Shown here: positions 49,712 through 63,103 of the stretch, one piece after another
Position numbering within the stretch: the stretch's first letter is position 1
How the letters are laid out: each line of letters starts with the position of its first letter
NCBI GenBank assembly: GCA_009103225.1
Contig: RHPI01003369.1
Span: 84,911-148,910 of the forward strand
Source: Chlorokybus atmophyticus
Lineage: Eukaryota; Plantae; Mesostigma and Chlorokybus algae
Length of the DNA stretch: 64,000 bases
Direction of reading: 5' to 3'
Notes under the pieces: model-generated
Told to the model about the DNA's origin: nothing
Database searches by the model: none
Seen by the model: only the letters and a program-made list of their open reading frames with translations
Position numbers and translations under genes: made by a program

Positions 49712-50594
49712 CAATTACAGTAAGAAGTTTGTCCTATGCACAACAGATACACAGCTCACACAGAACCACATAAGCACACGCAAGCGTGGGTGTGCATTGT
49801 GTACCTACGGCGCCTCTTCCAACCAACCTCGGGTGCGTCTTTTGCAAATGAGCGTCGGCATCAGCATCTGCCTTCAGCTCCCTGCACCTGAAGCTCACCT
49901 TGAGGGTACTCTTTGCCTCACTGGCCGCCCTCACTACCTCTTCATCCCACCTGTAAGGTGCACATCAGTACACTCGCGCTCAACTCGCAACACACGAACA
50001 CATGCTGCAAGTAGATGTACACACATACAGCATAAGCACAACCAACCAAGATGGTGGCGACGAAATGACAATGCTATGATACTCACCCGTGTGCGGTGCT
50101 GGTGGTAGCGAATTTGGCTGCATCCGAGCCCGACTGTTCCACAACAACGCGGCGCTCTTTGTTTGTCTGTATGATGTTGGCACTCAGCTCGTGCAACGCG
50201 ACGCTGCTTGTGTGGTGTCGTTGTGTTGAATGCAGCGTTCAGTACCGCAAAGTCGAGTATGGCAAGGCTGAGCAGCCGATGATCCTCCCCGTGACTGCAC
50301 TCGCGCTCACATGGCAATTCTGCACACAAGCAGTAGCCACTTAGACCAACTAAACATGCTTGCACCCACACACACGTGCACCAGCATGCACGCGCACACA
50401 CACACATGTATAATGACCAAACTGCTACCACATAAGCAATGAACCTACACACGCAGTAGCTCATACCATGCATGCTGTAGCAGCTCACCGTGTCCGACCA
50501 GGCCGAAGCAGCTACGCGAGGCAGCATCAACGAAGTGCCCAGACACTTGGCCGCTCGGCAGAAACGCCAGAGAAGCCACTCCCCGATAATCCAT
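49368..50594 (-). CDS. hypothetical protein resembling an uncharacterised plant family; upstream exon possible
   Basis: Phase-consistent exons give MDYRGVASLAFLPSG...ELPCERECSHGEDHRLLSLAILDFA...AHGWDEEVV...LKVSFRCRELKAD...AVVNIGPMTIEGLAF...*. The resemblance to plant proteins is from recall only. Confidence 0.7.
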
Positions 50595-51156
50595 AGCACT
50601 CCTTCGTTCGAGACTTTGAGCTGAGGCGTTTAAGCTGGGGGTTGACAAGTGAACCTCTCTCTTTCACTTGTGGTGGAAGTGGGCGAGCAGGGCGAACACC
50701 CTCAGCAGCGCCGGGAGCACCCGCAGCAGCCGGAGAAGCTGCAGGATGCCTGTGAAGATCAGCAGCGGCATCCGCCCTCCTTCCCTCTGCGCCCCCCTCC
50801 TCCTCCTCCTCGTCCAGCTCCTCGCCGTTGCCTTCCCGCACAGCAATGCTTGCTGCACTCTGTATGTAGCCTGGCTATAGGAATGCGACACCATCCATTG
50901 CCATGGACTACGCCATGCAGAACGTCTTGTGCTGCAGCAGTAGGGCGTATAGCAATGTCACATTTCACATCTCACAGGACATACGTATAGCAAGCTGAGT
51001 CTTCACTTAACTTGTTAGGAATACTTGATGCTTATAACAAAGCCTGAAAGAAGGCAGGTTGTTGCCGCTGTGTTTGTCGTCGGCGGCAAGGAGGGTGGCG
51101 GCGACAAGGGCGGGGTGCTTGTCGTCGTTTACAGGGAGACAAAGTGACATAGCGAG

Positions 51157-53263
51157 ATGGCTAGCCGGGGAGGCGGCGCCGGTTACGACCGCCACATCAC
51201 CATCTTTTCTCCTGAGGGCCGCCTCTACCAAGTTGGTGAGTGTGGTCATGCTGTTGTTTGGTATCATCCTACCCCTCCTCCTCCTCCTTCTCACTATTTT
51301 GCCACAACGCAGAGTATGCCTTCAAGGCGGTGAAGGCCGGGGGGCTGACTTCAATCGGCGTACGGGGCAAAGACAGCGTCTGCGTCGTCACACAGAAGAA
51401 AGTTCCAGTTGAGTAATTGTGCTGCTTGTGGGTATTGTGGTTGTGAAATCAATCTGGTTGCATCACCCTCTTGCATGCGTATACACCAGTGAGAAATCTA
51501 CGCACATACTGCTAGGATGTGCTGTTGAACATGCATGCCAAGTTTGTGTGCAAGCGTTCATATCGTTGCCATCAGGGTGCTGTTAGGGTTGGGATGTGGG
51601 TCACGGGAGTCAAGCAGCGTATCAATATAAAGTCTAGGTGTTTGTCTATATTGCTTGCTGTATGTTACCGTATGATGTTGTGTCCTTACATGTTCGTGTT
51701 GTGTTGGTCAACATGTGTGTTGTATGCGCAGTTGTATCTGAGCATGTTGCTGTATCATATGTGTGTATGAGCTTGTTATGGCAAAAGCCTCACTTCGTAT
51801 CCATGCTGATGCTCGCAGGACAAGCTTTTGGACCCGACCAGCGTCACTCACTTGTACAGCATAACCAACTACATTGGTGCTCTTGTCACGGGCATGATTG
51901 GTGAGTTGCTGCAGTGTAACGCATTGCTTAACATGATGTTTTGGCCGCAGCTTGAAACGCAAGCATTGAGTTGTAGTTGATATGATATTCTTTGTGCAGC
52001 GGATGCAAAGTCACTTGTACAGAAGGCGCGCTCGGAAGCAGCAGAGTTCCGCTACAAGTTTGGTTACGAATGTCCTGTAGACTACCTTGCACGGCGGTAC
52101 GTTTGCGCGCGTGCCATTGTGGTGTACCTGTACGCGCGCTTGTGGGTGCGTGCATGTATGTGCATGGGTTTGTGTGCATGTATGCATAAGCACATGCACG
52201 CGCCCATGTATATGTGTGTCAGTGTAACTGTTGATATTTGTATGGGTAGATGGGTGTTCATGTCTGTGTCTATTGCATGGCAACTGTTGAAAATGGTGTT
52301 CATCATACCAACTGTTGCTACTTGGCAGGTTGGCTGATCAGTCGCAAGTGTACACGCAACATGCATACATGCGGCCGCTCGGCGTAGGTATGGGTCTCTG
52401 TGGAAGAAGTCCGGCTATATGCTGCCTGTTGTGACCAACACATCGCTGCATTGCATCAGTACTGTGCTGCAGTGTTTCCAGATATTGACTGTGGTTACAC
52501 ATTGCAGCGGTCATCCTTGTTGGCATTGATGATGAGCTCGGGCCCCAGCTGTTCAAGGCTGACCCTGCTGGTTACTTTGTTGGCTACAAGGTACAGAGTT
52601 AATCTTCACAAAGCTTGTGCTGCGTTGATGTTGACAGCATGTGTGCATACATGCATGCGTGGTGTTGAACTGGAGAAGTGGCCATAGTGTACATGTCTGT
52701 CGTGTCTGCATGCGTGCGCGTGTGTTTGATAACAAAACTCTACAGGCCACAAGCGCTGGTGCCAAGGAGCAGGAGGCTACCAACTTTCTAGAGAAGAAAA
52801 TGAAGAACGATGCCAAGTTCTCATATGATGAGACTGTACAGGCGAGTTGTTGCCATACAACTGTTTGCTTTGTATTGGTTTTGCAGAGCGCATCAAGCAA
52901 GCTATCCTGCTGCCTCACCAAATTACACTCGCACATCAATTCGTGATTGGGGGATTGTGTTACTGCTTCTGTTGTATTCTCATGGGTTTCTGCTACACAG
53001 ACCGCCATTTCTGCATTGCAATCAGTCCTATCAGAAGATTTCAAGGCGTCCGACCTAGAGGTCAGTTGCATAAGCATGGCGTCATCTTGCAAAGTCGGTT
53101 TGCCTAGAAACAGGATTAGGCGATTGGTACTGGTAATTGACAACAACACTATATATTGCAGGTTGGTGTTGTCAAGGCAGGCACAGACAAGGATAGAGTC
53201 TTTCGCGTTCTGTCGAATGAAGAAGTCGAGGCGCATCTGACAGCCATCAGCGAACGCGATTAG
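51157..53263 (+). CDS. PSMA6: 20S proteasome subunit alpha type-6 (alpha1), 9 exons, 250 aa
   Basis: [57 protein letters not shown]. Exon lengths sum to 753 nt; GC-AG intron at 52842. Confidence 0.97.
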
Positions 53264-53977
53264 CGCTGCAATGGTTGGGGACACGCTGTCATTTTCAACA
53301 CATGCTCGCTAGTAACAGCTGCTTTGCTGGGGCAGTTTGCACAGTTGGCTGCTGCTCTTACTTGCATGGCTGCTGTTGTTCTGCTCTGCCGAGCACGCGT
53401 GCATTGTTGGCAATTGTTGATGCTGTTCTGTCATAGCCTCATGGCATGCAGGGTCAATCACCCCGTCGGAAGTGTAGTCAGGGGTGCGTGCGTTATGTGT
53501 GGCTGTCGTGTGCTGCCATTTGGGCTACCATTCTGATGGTCTAATGCTATGGTAGTCACATTTGCATGATCAGAATTGCTTGATGCTGTTGTCCTCAATG
53601 CTGCACATGCAGTGCAGCACTGACATTATCACTGCCCCATCACTGACATGATTACTGCCCACCAATGCCCTCATCTCAACACGTCCAGTTATACTTGTGC
53701 AATTGTGCTATACCCAACACAATGAAAGCCTCCCCAAGGAGTTCTGCGGGTTCATAGACCAAAACCTTGAAGCACTCTGCATGTGCCCGCGATTGGTACA
53801 CAACAAACCACACAATAACTTCGTAATTAAGTATACAGCACCTCCCAGCAAGGAACACCGTGATGAAGTTATTACTCAAGATGGGTTACTAGTGCAGTGA
53901 CACCTGCCATACTCTCAACCGATTGAAAATAGGGCCCATCCAAATGTTGATTACACTCTACATACCAACTCCAAGTA

Positions 53978-54646
53978 TACAAAAGATTTAATGCCTCATA
54001 TGCTGCATGCAAGTTGTCATGCATCATCACACACATAGTGACACACCAAACACACATAGCAAACAACATCTTATATAATTCACCACCGGTCTATACTATT
54101 TACACTACTACCAACCGGAATCCCTTCCCTCCCCCACATCGCCACCTCCACCCACTCTGTGCTCGCCTACCATGCACTGCAATTGCCGCTAGGCAGCACT
54201 GCTTGTACGTGAGGGTTAGGGTCAGCGTGCATGCAGCATGCATGACGTCAGCACGACACTGCATGTGCAGTTGAGGTTGACGCTGTGTGTGTCACTCCGG
54301 TGACATGGGCAGATGGAACTGCTCCCCATGTTCTTGCCAGCGTCTTTTACTTGGCCCTCGTCCTGCTCCCGCAGCTGGAGGTCGTGCACTGCCTTGTATG
54401 GCTGACGGGGTTGGCGCTACACCTACCAACTACCCGAACTATGCATGCATGGTGCCCCCGGCCAAGCACCTCTAACATCAGCACCAGCATTCAGTCGCAC
54501 TCCACACCAGTCACACGCACCACATTCACCATACCAACCACTCAGCATACATCCCTATGCCTTGACATAGGGTAGCCTAGCGCTCACTCCCCGCCAGCCA
54601 GTGCGTGGTGTGTACAAAAGATTTAATGCCTCATATGCTGCATGCA
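53978..54646. repeat. ~600-bp segment flanked by perfect 34-bp direct repeats
   Basis: TACAAAAGATTTAATGCCTCATATGCTGCATGCA at 53978-54011 and 54613-54646. Confidence 0.7.
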
Positions 54647-55504
54647 TATGCACAAAACCACAATAGACTTAATGGTGAAACCTGGCAGAACTAGCTACTA
54701 CCCCTTCTAACCCTACAACATGCAACAGGGAAACAACACATCCTATATCTCATCCAGCCGCGGCGCATCGCCTGCTTAATCATCAGCTGCATGCTCCTCC
54801 CTATCACTAGCATACCCTGCTTCACCCTCATCTTTCCAATCACGCGTCATGATGTTTGCTGCTACTATTTCTAGTATAGTCTACCGTCATTGTGTCCGTT
54901 TTCACTGCACCTTTGTTGTTTATCTATCAATACGGATCACGCCAACAGTAACAGGAGACACACATCTTCAAAGCTGTAACGCTGCCACGCACATTGCGTG
55001 GTAGGTTGCTGGTTTCCACATGCCAGCACTCCTATGATAGCCATCCATCTGCCTCAGACTGCAGAGCTCGCTTGCTGCATGATATAAGGTATATAGCTCA
55101 AGAGTGCAAGATGCGTGCGTGCCAACCAAGCAAACAGTCCGCAATCACATAAACCCAAGCACATGCGAATCAATCAACAAGCAAGGCAACAAATTAGGGG
55201 CCCAGAGCAGCGCTCCACACTACTGGTATGCAAAAACATGCATACGCCGTGCTATCAACGGCACAAGCTGCGATGTTCATCTGAATGTCGTGTCCAATAG
55301 TAACACCCCACCAGGTCTGATAACGGCGACAATGACATCAACAGCAGCAGCACATTGTTGTTATGCTTGAAAGTTGTTGTTGCCAACAATATCATTGAAG
55401 CCATTCATGGTAAAATGTTTGGTGTGATTGTTTTCAACAATGGCAGCAGTGTGCTACAACATTACTAGTATTGCAGTACATGGCACTTGTTTAGCGCGTG
55501 TTGC

Positions 55505-58500
55505 ATGCTGCATGCAAGCAGCAACGAGCTGGCCGGCACCAGCGGCAGCGGCGGTGGCGTTGACCACGCCGCTGTGGTGGTGCACGCCAACGCTGATAAT
55601 GCGGACAACGACAGCGCGGGCGACGTGGGAAAATCACGCTTCCACGTCATCGTCCTCTGGCTCTGACCAGCCACCAGCCGCTGCCGCCTTCAGGTCAGCA
55701 ACCAGGGCTTGATGTGGGCTGCAAGCTTGCTCCCGTGCAGCTCAGTCACTGGGTTGGTTGCCGCATGCGTCATCTGCCTTGCTTTGTTGCAAACCAACGC
55801 AGTGTCTGATTGATTGGCTTGCGAATTAACAAGTTGCATGCAACACATGCCCATCCTCTCATCAACTGTGCAGCATGCGTTTAAAGTGGCTCAAAGCTTT
55901 CAGTGTTCCCTATATTACAACCATTAGCAGCACCTTAGTAACTTGGCGGCAGTCAACCTTTAGGTGTTTCAGCGCCTGTTTCTACTGTGTGACAGTGAAT
56001 ATGCATGCAAGTTTAGCTGTCGCATTCAGTGTTTCTGTGTTTCAGCACCTGCTTTTAGTGCGTGACAGTGACCTTCCCCCCCCCCCCCCCCCCCCTTCCG
56101 CTTCCCTTCACACAATCGCTGCAAACGCAGGTTCATCTTGAACCAGTTGAAGCCAAGCAAGCAGCCGCCACCAAACAGCAGACGTTACGAAGTTACAAGT
56201 GCACAGCCAGCAGCAAGCGAGACGAGCGACAAGGCAGTGAAGGCAAGCAGCAGCAGCAGCAGCGGGCAAGTGTTTCACTGCTGCCGGCTTTGACGAGACA
56301 GTACTTCCTTAGCAGGGCGGAGAGCCTGCTGCAACTGGCAGGCTCACAAACCTCGCAATCACCGTCACCGTCACCAACACGGATAAAGTCAAGAACAGGT
56401 GAGTTGAGTGATTGGTCGGTTATTTGTGTGTATGCCTTATGAATGTTTGTTTAAATACCAGTAATACCAGTGAGCAACATGTTGGCTTGCGGCAGGTTAT
56501 GTTTTGATTGGTGGCAATCCATTGAAGGAGCTGACGCTGCTCATACAAGAAACTAGCAAGTCAAGGTTGCCGCTCGCAGAGAAGAGCGCTACTGCACTGG
56601 CTGGTGAGAAGGCGGGAGGGGGGGGGGGACCTAACACGTACATGCATGCATGCACACAATCTCTGTCAACTGCTGTAACGCACCAACAAACGGCTTGTGT
56701 CAACTATACTGCGGTCATTTCAACATACCCTTTGCGCAATAACTTGCTTTGCAGCTGGGTTCAACATATTGTTTTGGGCGTTGTGACTGGACCTGGTCAG
56801 ATGTTGATGTGTGTTGTGTAAGCAGTGTTGCAGTTGGCAGTAGCGTCTAGCAAAGCCTGTAGTGTGCATGTTGGCGCCATTGTTGGGGTGAGTAAAATGT
56901 GCACATGCATTCTTGAGCGGACATGAAGGCGTAGGCACATGTGCCTTGAGGTATGCGTCATCTGCACACATGTGCACCAGCATGCAGGCAGAGACTCTAA
57001 CAAGTCCATGCGCACGAGCATGGACGCACAAACATAACCACAGGCACCTAGTTACAAGCCCACACCCGCGCACGCGCACTCACAAGAACAAGCGCAGGAC
57101 ATGCACATGTGCACATGTGCATGCAACTATATGCACATACATGATCAGGCACACTGCGTGCGCGCGCTCATGCACATATGCACACGTCACAGGTGTGCAC
57201 GCGTGCGTCCAACCTAGATGCCTGCAAGCCCTTGACATAGCGCGCACAGCCAATGTACCACTCAACAGCCGAATGTACACGCCTTTTCTCAAAGCTCTCT
57301 GCGACACTGGCCGACACAAAGAGGCGTTGCTTCAACTCTACGTGAGTCTCTTATGGTGAAGGTTGTCAAGACACCACATGTATGTCATGTTGCTTTGCAG
57401 AGGTTGCTGCATGAAGGCGTCACACCCGACACCATTCTATTCAATGCGCTGCTGGATGGGGTTTTCAGTGTGGCAGACATGCAACAGATCTTGTCCAAAA
57501 TGGAGACTGCGGGTGTTTGCCCAGACGAGCGCAGTTACAGGTAGGCCCGCGCTATAGAGAACTTTTACCCAAAAATCACACAGTTGCATACGCGCGCGTG
57601 TGTTTGCCAAAATGATCTCCATATTGCAAATACTGTTGTCGTATGTCATGTTGTTTATGCGCCTGTTCTAGTTAACCTGCGGTTGTCAAGCATTGCTATT
57701 CTGACTTACTAGTCTTGTAATGCTCCTGTTTTCACTGGCTTGTTTTCATAGATTGGTGTTTCTAATAGATTCTGTGGCATTTGTCCTTGTTTACTGCCCT
57801 TACTGACTCCTCTTGCAGCGCTATCATACGCTGTCACGGTGATGCTGGCAAAACTACTCATGATCAATACCTTTGGAATGCTTCATCGAGGCATTCGCCC
57901 GACGCCATTCACGTTCAACTCCTTGATTCGTGGTACGTGGTACGTACGTACGTGTTGCCACAGAGCCCATCTTGCGACAACTCAACGAAGTACACCACAT
58001 TCCAACAACGTGCAGTGTACGCGCAACTGGGACAAGTGGACAGCATACGCAAAGCCATGCACAAGATGAGGTCCGATGGCCTCGCTCCCGACACGTACAC
58101 TTACAACTTGATGTTGCAGGCGCACGCGTGATGCGCGCAATTATGCGGACTATGTCGATTTCAAGGGGTGTGTGTGTCATGTACTGTCCTCTTGTTGCAT
58201 TATGAGCTATAGGGTATGTGGCAATGTTGGTCGTTGGAAACTAGGAGATGGAGAGGAGTGGTGTGAGGCTGGACACGGTCACGTTTAACACGCTTTTGGA
58301 TATCGGCGTGGGGGCCAACCAGTTTCGTCTCAATGACAGTATCCGCCAAGTAATGCGTAGGTAATGGCTGTGTGATGACGCTAATTTTCTTGTGTGGTAC
58401 ATGTTGTTTCTGTTGTGTAGTTTTTCACACCTAATGCATTGAGCTGAGGTACTTTCACTCAACTCATTATCAGGTATCAAGTGCGGGCTGATGGCTTCAC

Positions 58501-61450
58501 GTATGCAGGTATACCTGTAAAACCACTATGTTATTGTGTTGGGTTGGGTTACGTAAGTTTGAGTTTAAGTGCACACACCACACTAAGTGCATTTATGTGA
58601 CTTTGCAGCATTGCTGCGCGCGGCTGGGTATGCGCGCAACAGCGCGAAGCTTGTTAACGTGCTGGAGCTGATGGACAAAGAGCAGTGCCACCATGACCAT
58701 GTGGTAAGAAATGTCCCTATGCGTGCGCGCGAGTGTGCACGTGTATCCTTATCACACACTGGACACATTTTGATTGGTGTGCACACCCGCAGAGCTTGCG
58801 CACAGCGCTATTTGCGTGCATACGATGCGGTGAGGCGGGCCTCGCCCTGAGGATGCAGCGGCGGATGATCACTGAAGGCCACCCGCCGCCTCTACCAGTC
58901 ACTGACATCTTTTTTATGGTAAGACTCGCGTGCATTATGTCCAAAATTTTGACCTTGGGTGTTGCTCAACATGTTGCTGATGTGCATGTGTGAGTTTGTC
59001 ACGCCTGTCAGTGCGCCAATGCAGCGGTTACAAAGGGCTTTTTGGATGCGGACGACAGGTTGCCGGCTTTCATATCTGAGATGGCCAGCGCAGGTACGCA
59101 ACAGACCACCACCACCACAACAACAACAACAGTATCACTACCGCTACCACTTGCTTATGACACAATACCAGCACATATGTGCACACGAGCACCGCATCTG
59201 GATACGTGCGTGTACGTGCACACATGCTTCGGCATGCGAGCACGCCGGAGACAAGACATGCGCTTGTGCACAAGCAAGGTGTGGCGTGCACGCTGGTGGC
59301 CACGCAGCGTGCTATCAGCGAAGCCCTGGAGCGCCACGGCCTCGTGAAGATGGTGGACGCCATGGAGGCCTTCCAGCGGGCGGCCGCGGGTGCCATTGAT
59401 GACGGCAAGACGTGGCGGGCCGTCGTTCGGCATATCAACGACGGACAGAACATCTGCAGCCTCGGTAACATGCTCAAGTACGTCTGGTGTGTGCCATGTG
59501 ACCAGCATGCTATGAGTTTTTAATTACAACAAGCACAACGAGTATGGCAAGTGTACATTTCCATAGTCGGCACGTGCACACACGCCTGCACACGCAAGCA
59601 CGCACATTTCCATACTCGCATGCAAGCAAGCACCTGCGTTTTTTATCATGGTGGGCAACTAGTCCGGTACCCAACATGTTTGTAGGTGGCTGATTTTGCG
59701 GAGAGAGTGCTCGCAGTGCAGGCGGCATCCGGGCGGCCGCCCGACAGTGCGCTCTTTGCTGCGCTGATATCTGCCTGCATCCGTTGTGGCCGCACCGACA
59801 TGGCTCTCGCCCTGCACCGCAAGGCTCAAACATCAGGTGTGTGTCTCTGTTGGTAGAGCGAGTGAGTGCGTCAGTGAATCAGCCAGTGACTCAGTCAGAG
59901 AAACAACTGCTGAATGCGCGAGTGCGTCAGTCAGAAGGTGATCCCATGAGTGACTGGATGTGTAACAGAACAGAACAGCATTGCAGCACTAACTTGCGTG
60001 AATGTCTGATTTGTCGCGGATCAGTGAGCAGACAAACCCACGCATGCATGAGTGACTTATTTGAATGATGCGCGAGTGTGACTGAATTCATCCCTCGAAC
60101 AGAGAGAGAGCATGTCTTCGCTGAGTGTGGACGGACGGAGCGCATTCTGCTGGACACAATGGAACACGCCATGCTTGGAGCCATAATGCGAGTGCCTGGC
60201 GACGACGCCGACAGCAATGCCTTGATGAAGGAGATGGAAGCAGCTGGCGTAAGACCCAAATCACAGAAATGGTAGTGTTCACTTGCCACTTGCGAACATG
60301 ACTCAACAAGCTTTTTAAGTTTTGTGTATTGCGCAGGCAGTATCGCGTGCCATCAAGCACTTGATAGCAGGTGTCGAACTCAAGAAAGCGGCGGGTGTGG
60401 CCGAAGGTTATGCCAAACAAGATGATGTTGGTGTTGATGCGGAGGATGCCGTGCAGCCGGCCAAGATGAGGAGCCCTCCGGTCTGGGCCGCTCCTCCCGC
60501 TGGTAAGACACTCTGCATGTTCACCTGTCCCAAAGTAGCAGCCAGTCCATACACCAAGTTGTATGCCCATGCATATGTGCGTGTGTGAACATGCGTGTGC
60601 TCGTGAGTGTTAGTCAATGTATATGCGTGTGCGGTTGTGTCTGATGGGCTTGCATGCGTGTACATACCCATCAGGGGCTCAGTACATGCACTTCTTCATC
60701 TATTGCATGTGTACAAATGCATGTGTTCGTACACATATGTGAGTATATGTGTATGACTTCAAGAGACGTGTGCATTGTAGGTCAATCTGCTGACATGCCA
60801 CCTGAGCTATTGCGAGCTTTGGCTTTGGTGGAGGCGATGCCTCGGCTGGTCGGCACGCGGCCGAACGGCTTCGTGGATGGCGCGCTCATGCAGGCGTGCT
60901 TGCGTCATGGCCAAGAGAGATGCGTGCATAATCACACAGGCATCATATTGCACGTGTGTCAGAGCCCAGGTCATGTTGTTATTGTGTTGCTCAGGTCGAG
61001 AGAGTGAATGCACTTAGGCATCAGATGCGCACGGAAGGGTTGCCACTCAACATTGTGCTTTGGACAATCCGATTGCAGTGTTTGGCTGCGCTCGGACAGT
61101 TGAATGGCCAGGCGCAAGAGGTGATGACATAAAGTTGCGGTGACTGCGTGTATTCAGAAGCAATATATAACACACGTATCCTTTCGCGCAGGTGTTGGCG
61201 GCTGTAAAACCGGATGGAGTCAAGCCCGATGCCAAGTTGATGAGGTAGAAGTGTTACTGTGGCTTTGAGCCTTGAGCGAACAAGATGTTTGACTGATAGG
61301 GTGCTTATATATACATGATACCATACAGGCGCTTATTGAACCTCTGCAGCTGAAGGCTGGGGACAGCAGGGGAGCCGCTTGCGTCACAACAAGAATGCAG
61401 CAGATGGTTATGCCCCCCACAAGCGTGCGCAAACAACCGCGCACAGCTGA
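55505..61450 (+). pseudogene. PPR pseudogene, inverted duplicate of 20160-26407
   Basis: Same exons and introns in inverted order, with a 4-nt deletion at ~57222, a 5-nt deletion at ~57880 and a 2-nt insertion at ~61350 relative to the minus-strand copy. Confidence 0.8.
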
Positions 61451-61984
61451 CAAGGCCCATATGTCGCTACCTTACCAAGTGCCCAAAACATGATGGCGTC
61501 AGGGCTGCTAATTGATGCATATAACATGTTGTGTCACTTGACGTACATCGATACGCAAGCATGGATTTGCATGGTGAGTCATGCACATCATGCATCATGT
61601 GTCTGTAAACATTTGCCCTGGCATCATTTGTGGCAGGGACTGTGCCAACAGCTGACAGTACAGCTCACCAGCTCCGCCCCTCCCGCCCAACCCAGCTGAA
61701 CGGACGGTCGGGGGCGTGCCGTCCTGCTGGCCTGCCTGGTCGGCGCAGTTATGGAAGCTGTGGCTTGGCTTTGTTGTTGCCATTGTTTTGATCTGCCTGA
61801 CAGTCTCGTAGCATGTATTATGTATACTTTTATTGCTGGGTGGGTGAAGGGTACTGATAGACAAGAAACTTCTTAAACCAAGGGGTGGAGGAGTTGTACG
61901 CACCCTCTCTAAGCGCGTCTCTTGCTGCTATGGGTGTAGCTGGTGCTAACCAGACTCTTGTGTGTGCCGGTGGCCATGACCTGC

Positions 61985-62199
61985 ATGCTGACGCGCGGCA
62001 TCAGGCTGCTCCGCATGCGGGATGTTTGTCACCGTGACGGACGCATGCTCCGTTGTCGCAGCGGCAGTGGTCATGACTGCATCCGCACGTGCATCCGCAC
62101 GTGCAAGTTATCGTGGCCATCGGCGATGCGACAGTTGTTCACACGCCCGTCACTTGAACGGACATCCCATATGTGGAGCATGATACTACGAGTCAGCAT
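61985..62199. repeat. paralogous fold-back inverted repeat
   Basis: Outer arms ATGCTGAC/GTCAGCAT, GCTCCGCATGCGGGATGT/ACATCCCATATGTGGAGC and GTGACGG/CCGTCAC; counterpart of 19319-19569 without the long inner stem. Confidence 0.7.
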
Positions 62200-63103
62200 C
62201 CATTGACGCTGTCAGCGCCGCCACGCATGGCCATGGCTGCATCAGCCATATCCGCCACGATACCCGCGCACCACGTCCCTGATAGCGATGATGTGCTCCG
62301 ACACATCATCGCCCATTTTGTCGCTTGGAAGTTGCAAGTCGCAATGTGCCAGCTGACTGCACAGCGTTCGCGCGCATATTATCAATATGTAAGACTTGTT
62401 GATGTGCAGTATAGTTTTGGCATAAACTTGGCGAGATATTGTTGGTTTGAACCAGATTTAAACACATTGCATGAGCATATATACGTCACATTGTATGTAC
62501 AACGACCCAAAATTGTAGTTGCTAAAGTTTAACAGTCTTGAACAAGCCGTTACGACATCAACTAATTCAAGTAGTAGCTGTGTGTGCGCAGTTTTTGGTT
62601 GGCGACATCGACATGCATGCGGCTGAGAGCACACCTGTCACTCTTGCTCGTGATATCAGCAGCGAGTATGCGAACGACTACGCACATAACGGCAATACGC
62701 GCGCATGTACTACTGAAAGAAACCCCAAGTACCACCGGAACCTCCAGCCGTTGCCGTTATGCCACTTGACGGTAGCGACTGGGTTGGTGTGTGGTGGAGG
62801 GTGGAGAAGAGAGGTGGGGGAGTCAGCTGGTTGTTTTGCCAAGTAATGGTGTCGACACCAAAACAGTTTGGGCAATTTGCAATTTGGCAACTTGCCATTG
62901 AATGTGGCAGGTCGTGCATGCATGCATGACCAACAGGGTCACCCAACGATTGGGCAGTAGCAATAGCGTGACAATGAAGAGTAGTAAAGTCGGTAGTGGC
63001 AAGTGTGTGTCGTTGACCTGGTGGTCATAAGATGAGTGTTTCTGCAGCTGGGTGTCATATCCATGCATGTGTTGTGCTTGATGCGTACACTCTATATATC
63101 ACT

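Noticed and set aside
40106-53240. Numerous 60-200-aa ORFs overlapping PGI, RNR1 and PSMA6
   Set aside because: They are shadow frames of GC-rich exons or read-through into CA/GCAT-rich introns.
12751-53263. Alternative genetic code (TAA/TAG as Gln, as in some ulvophytes)
   Set aside because: RPL34, RNR1 and PSMA6 all end at TAG exactly where homologues end.
62173-62846. ORFs just outside the inverted duplication
   Set aside because: No splice-consistent model or recognisable motif; could be TE debris but this is unsupported.
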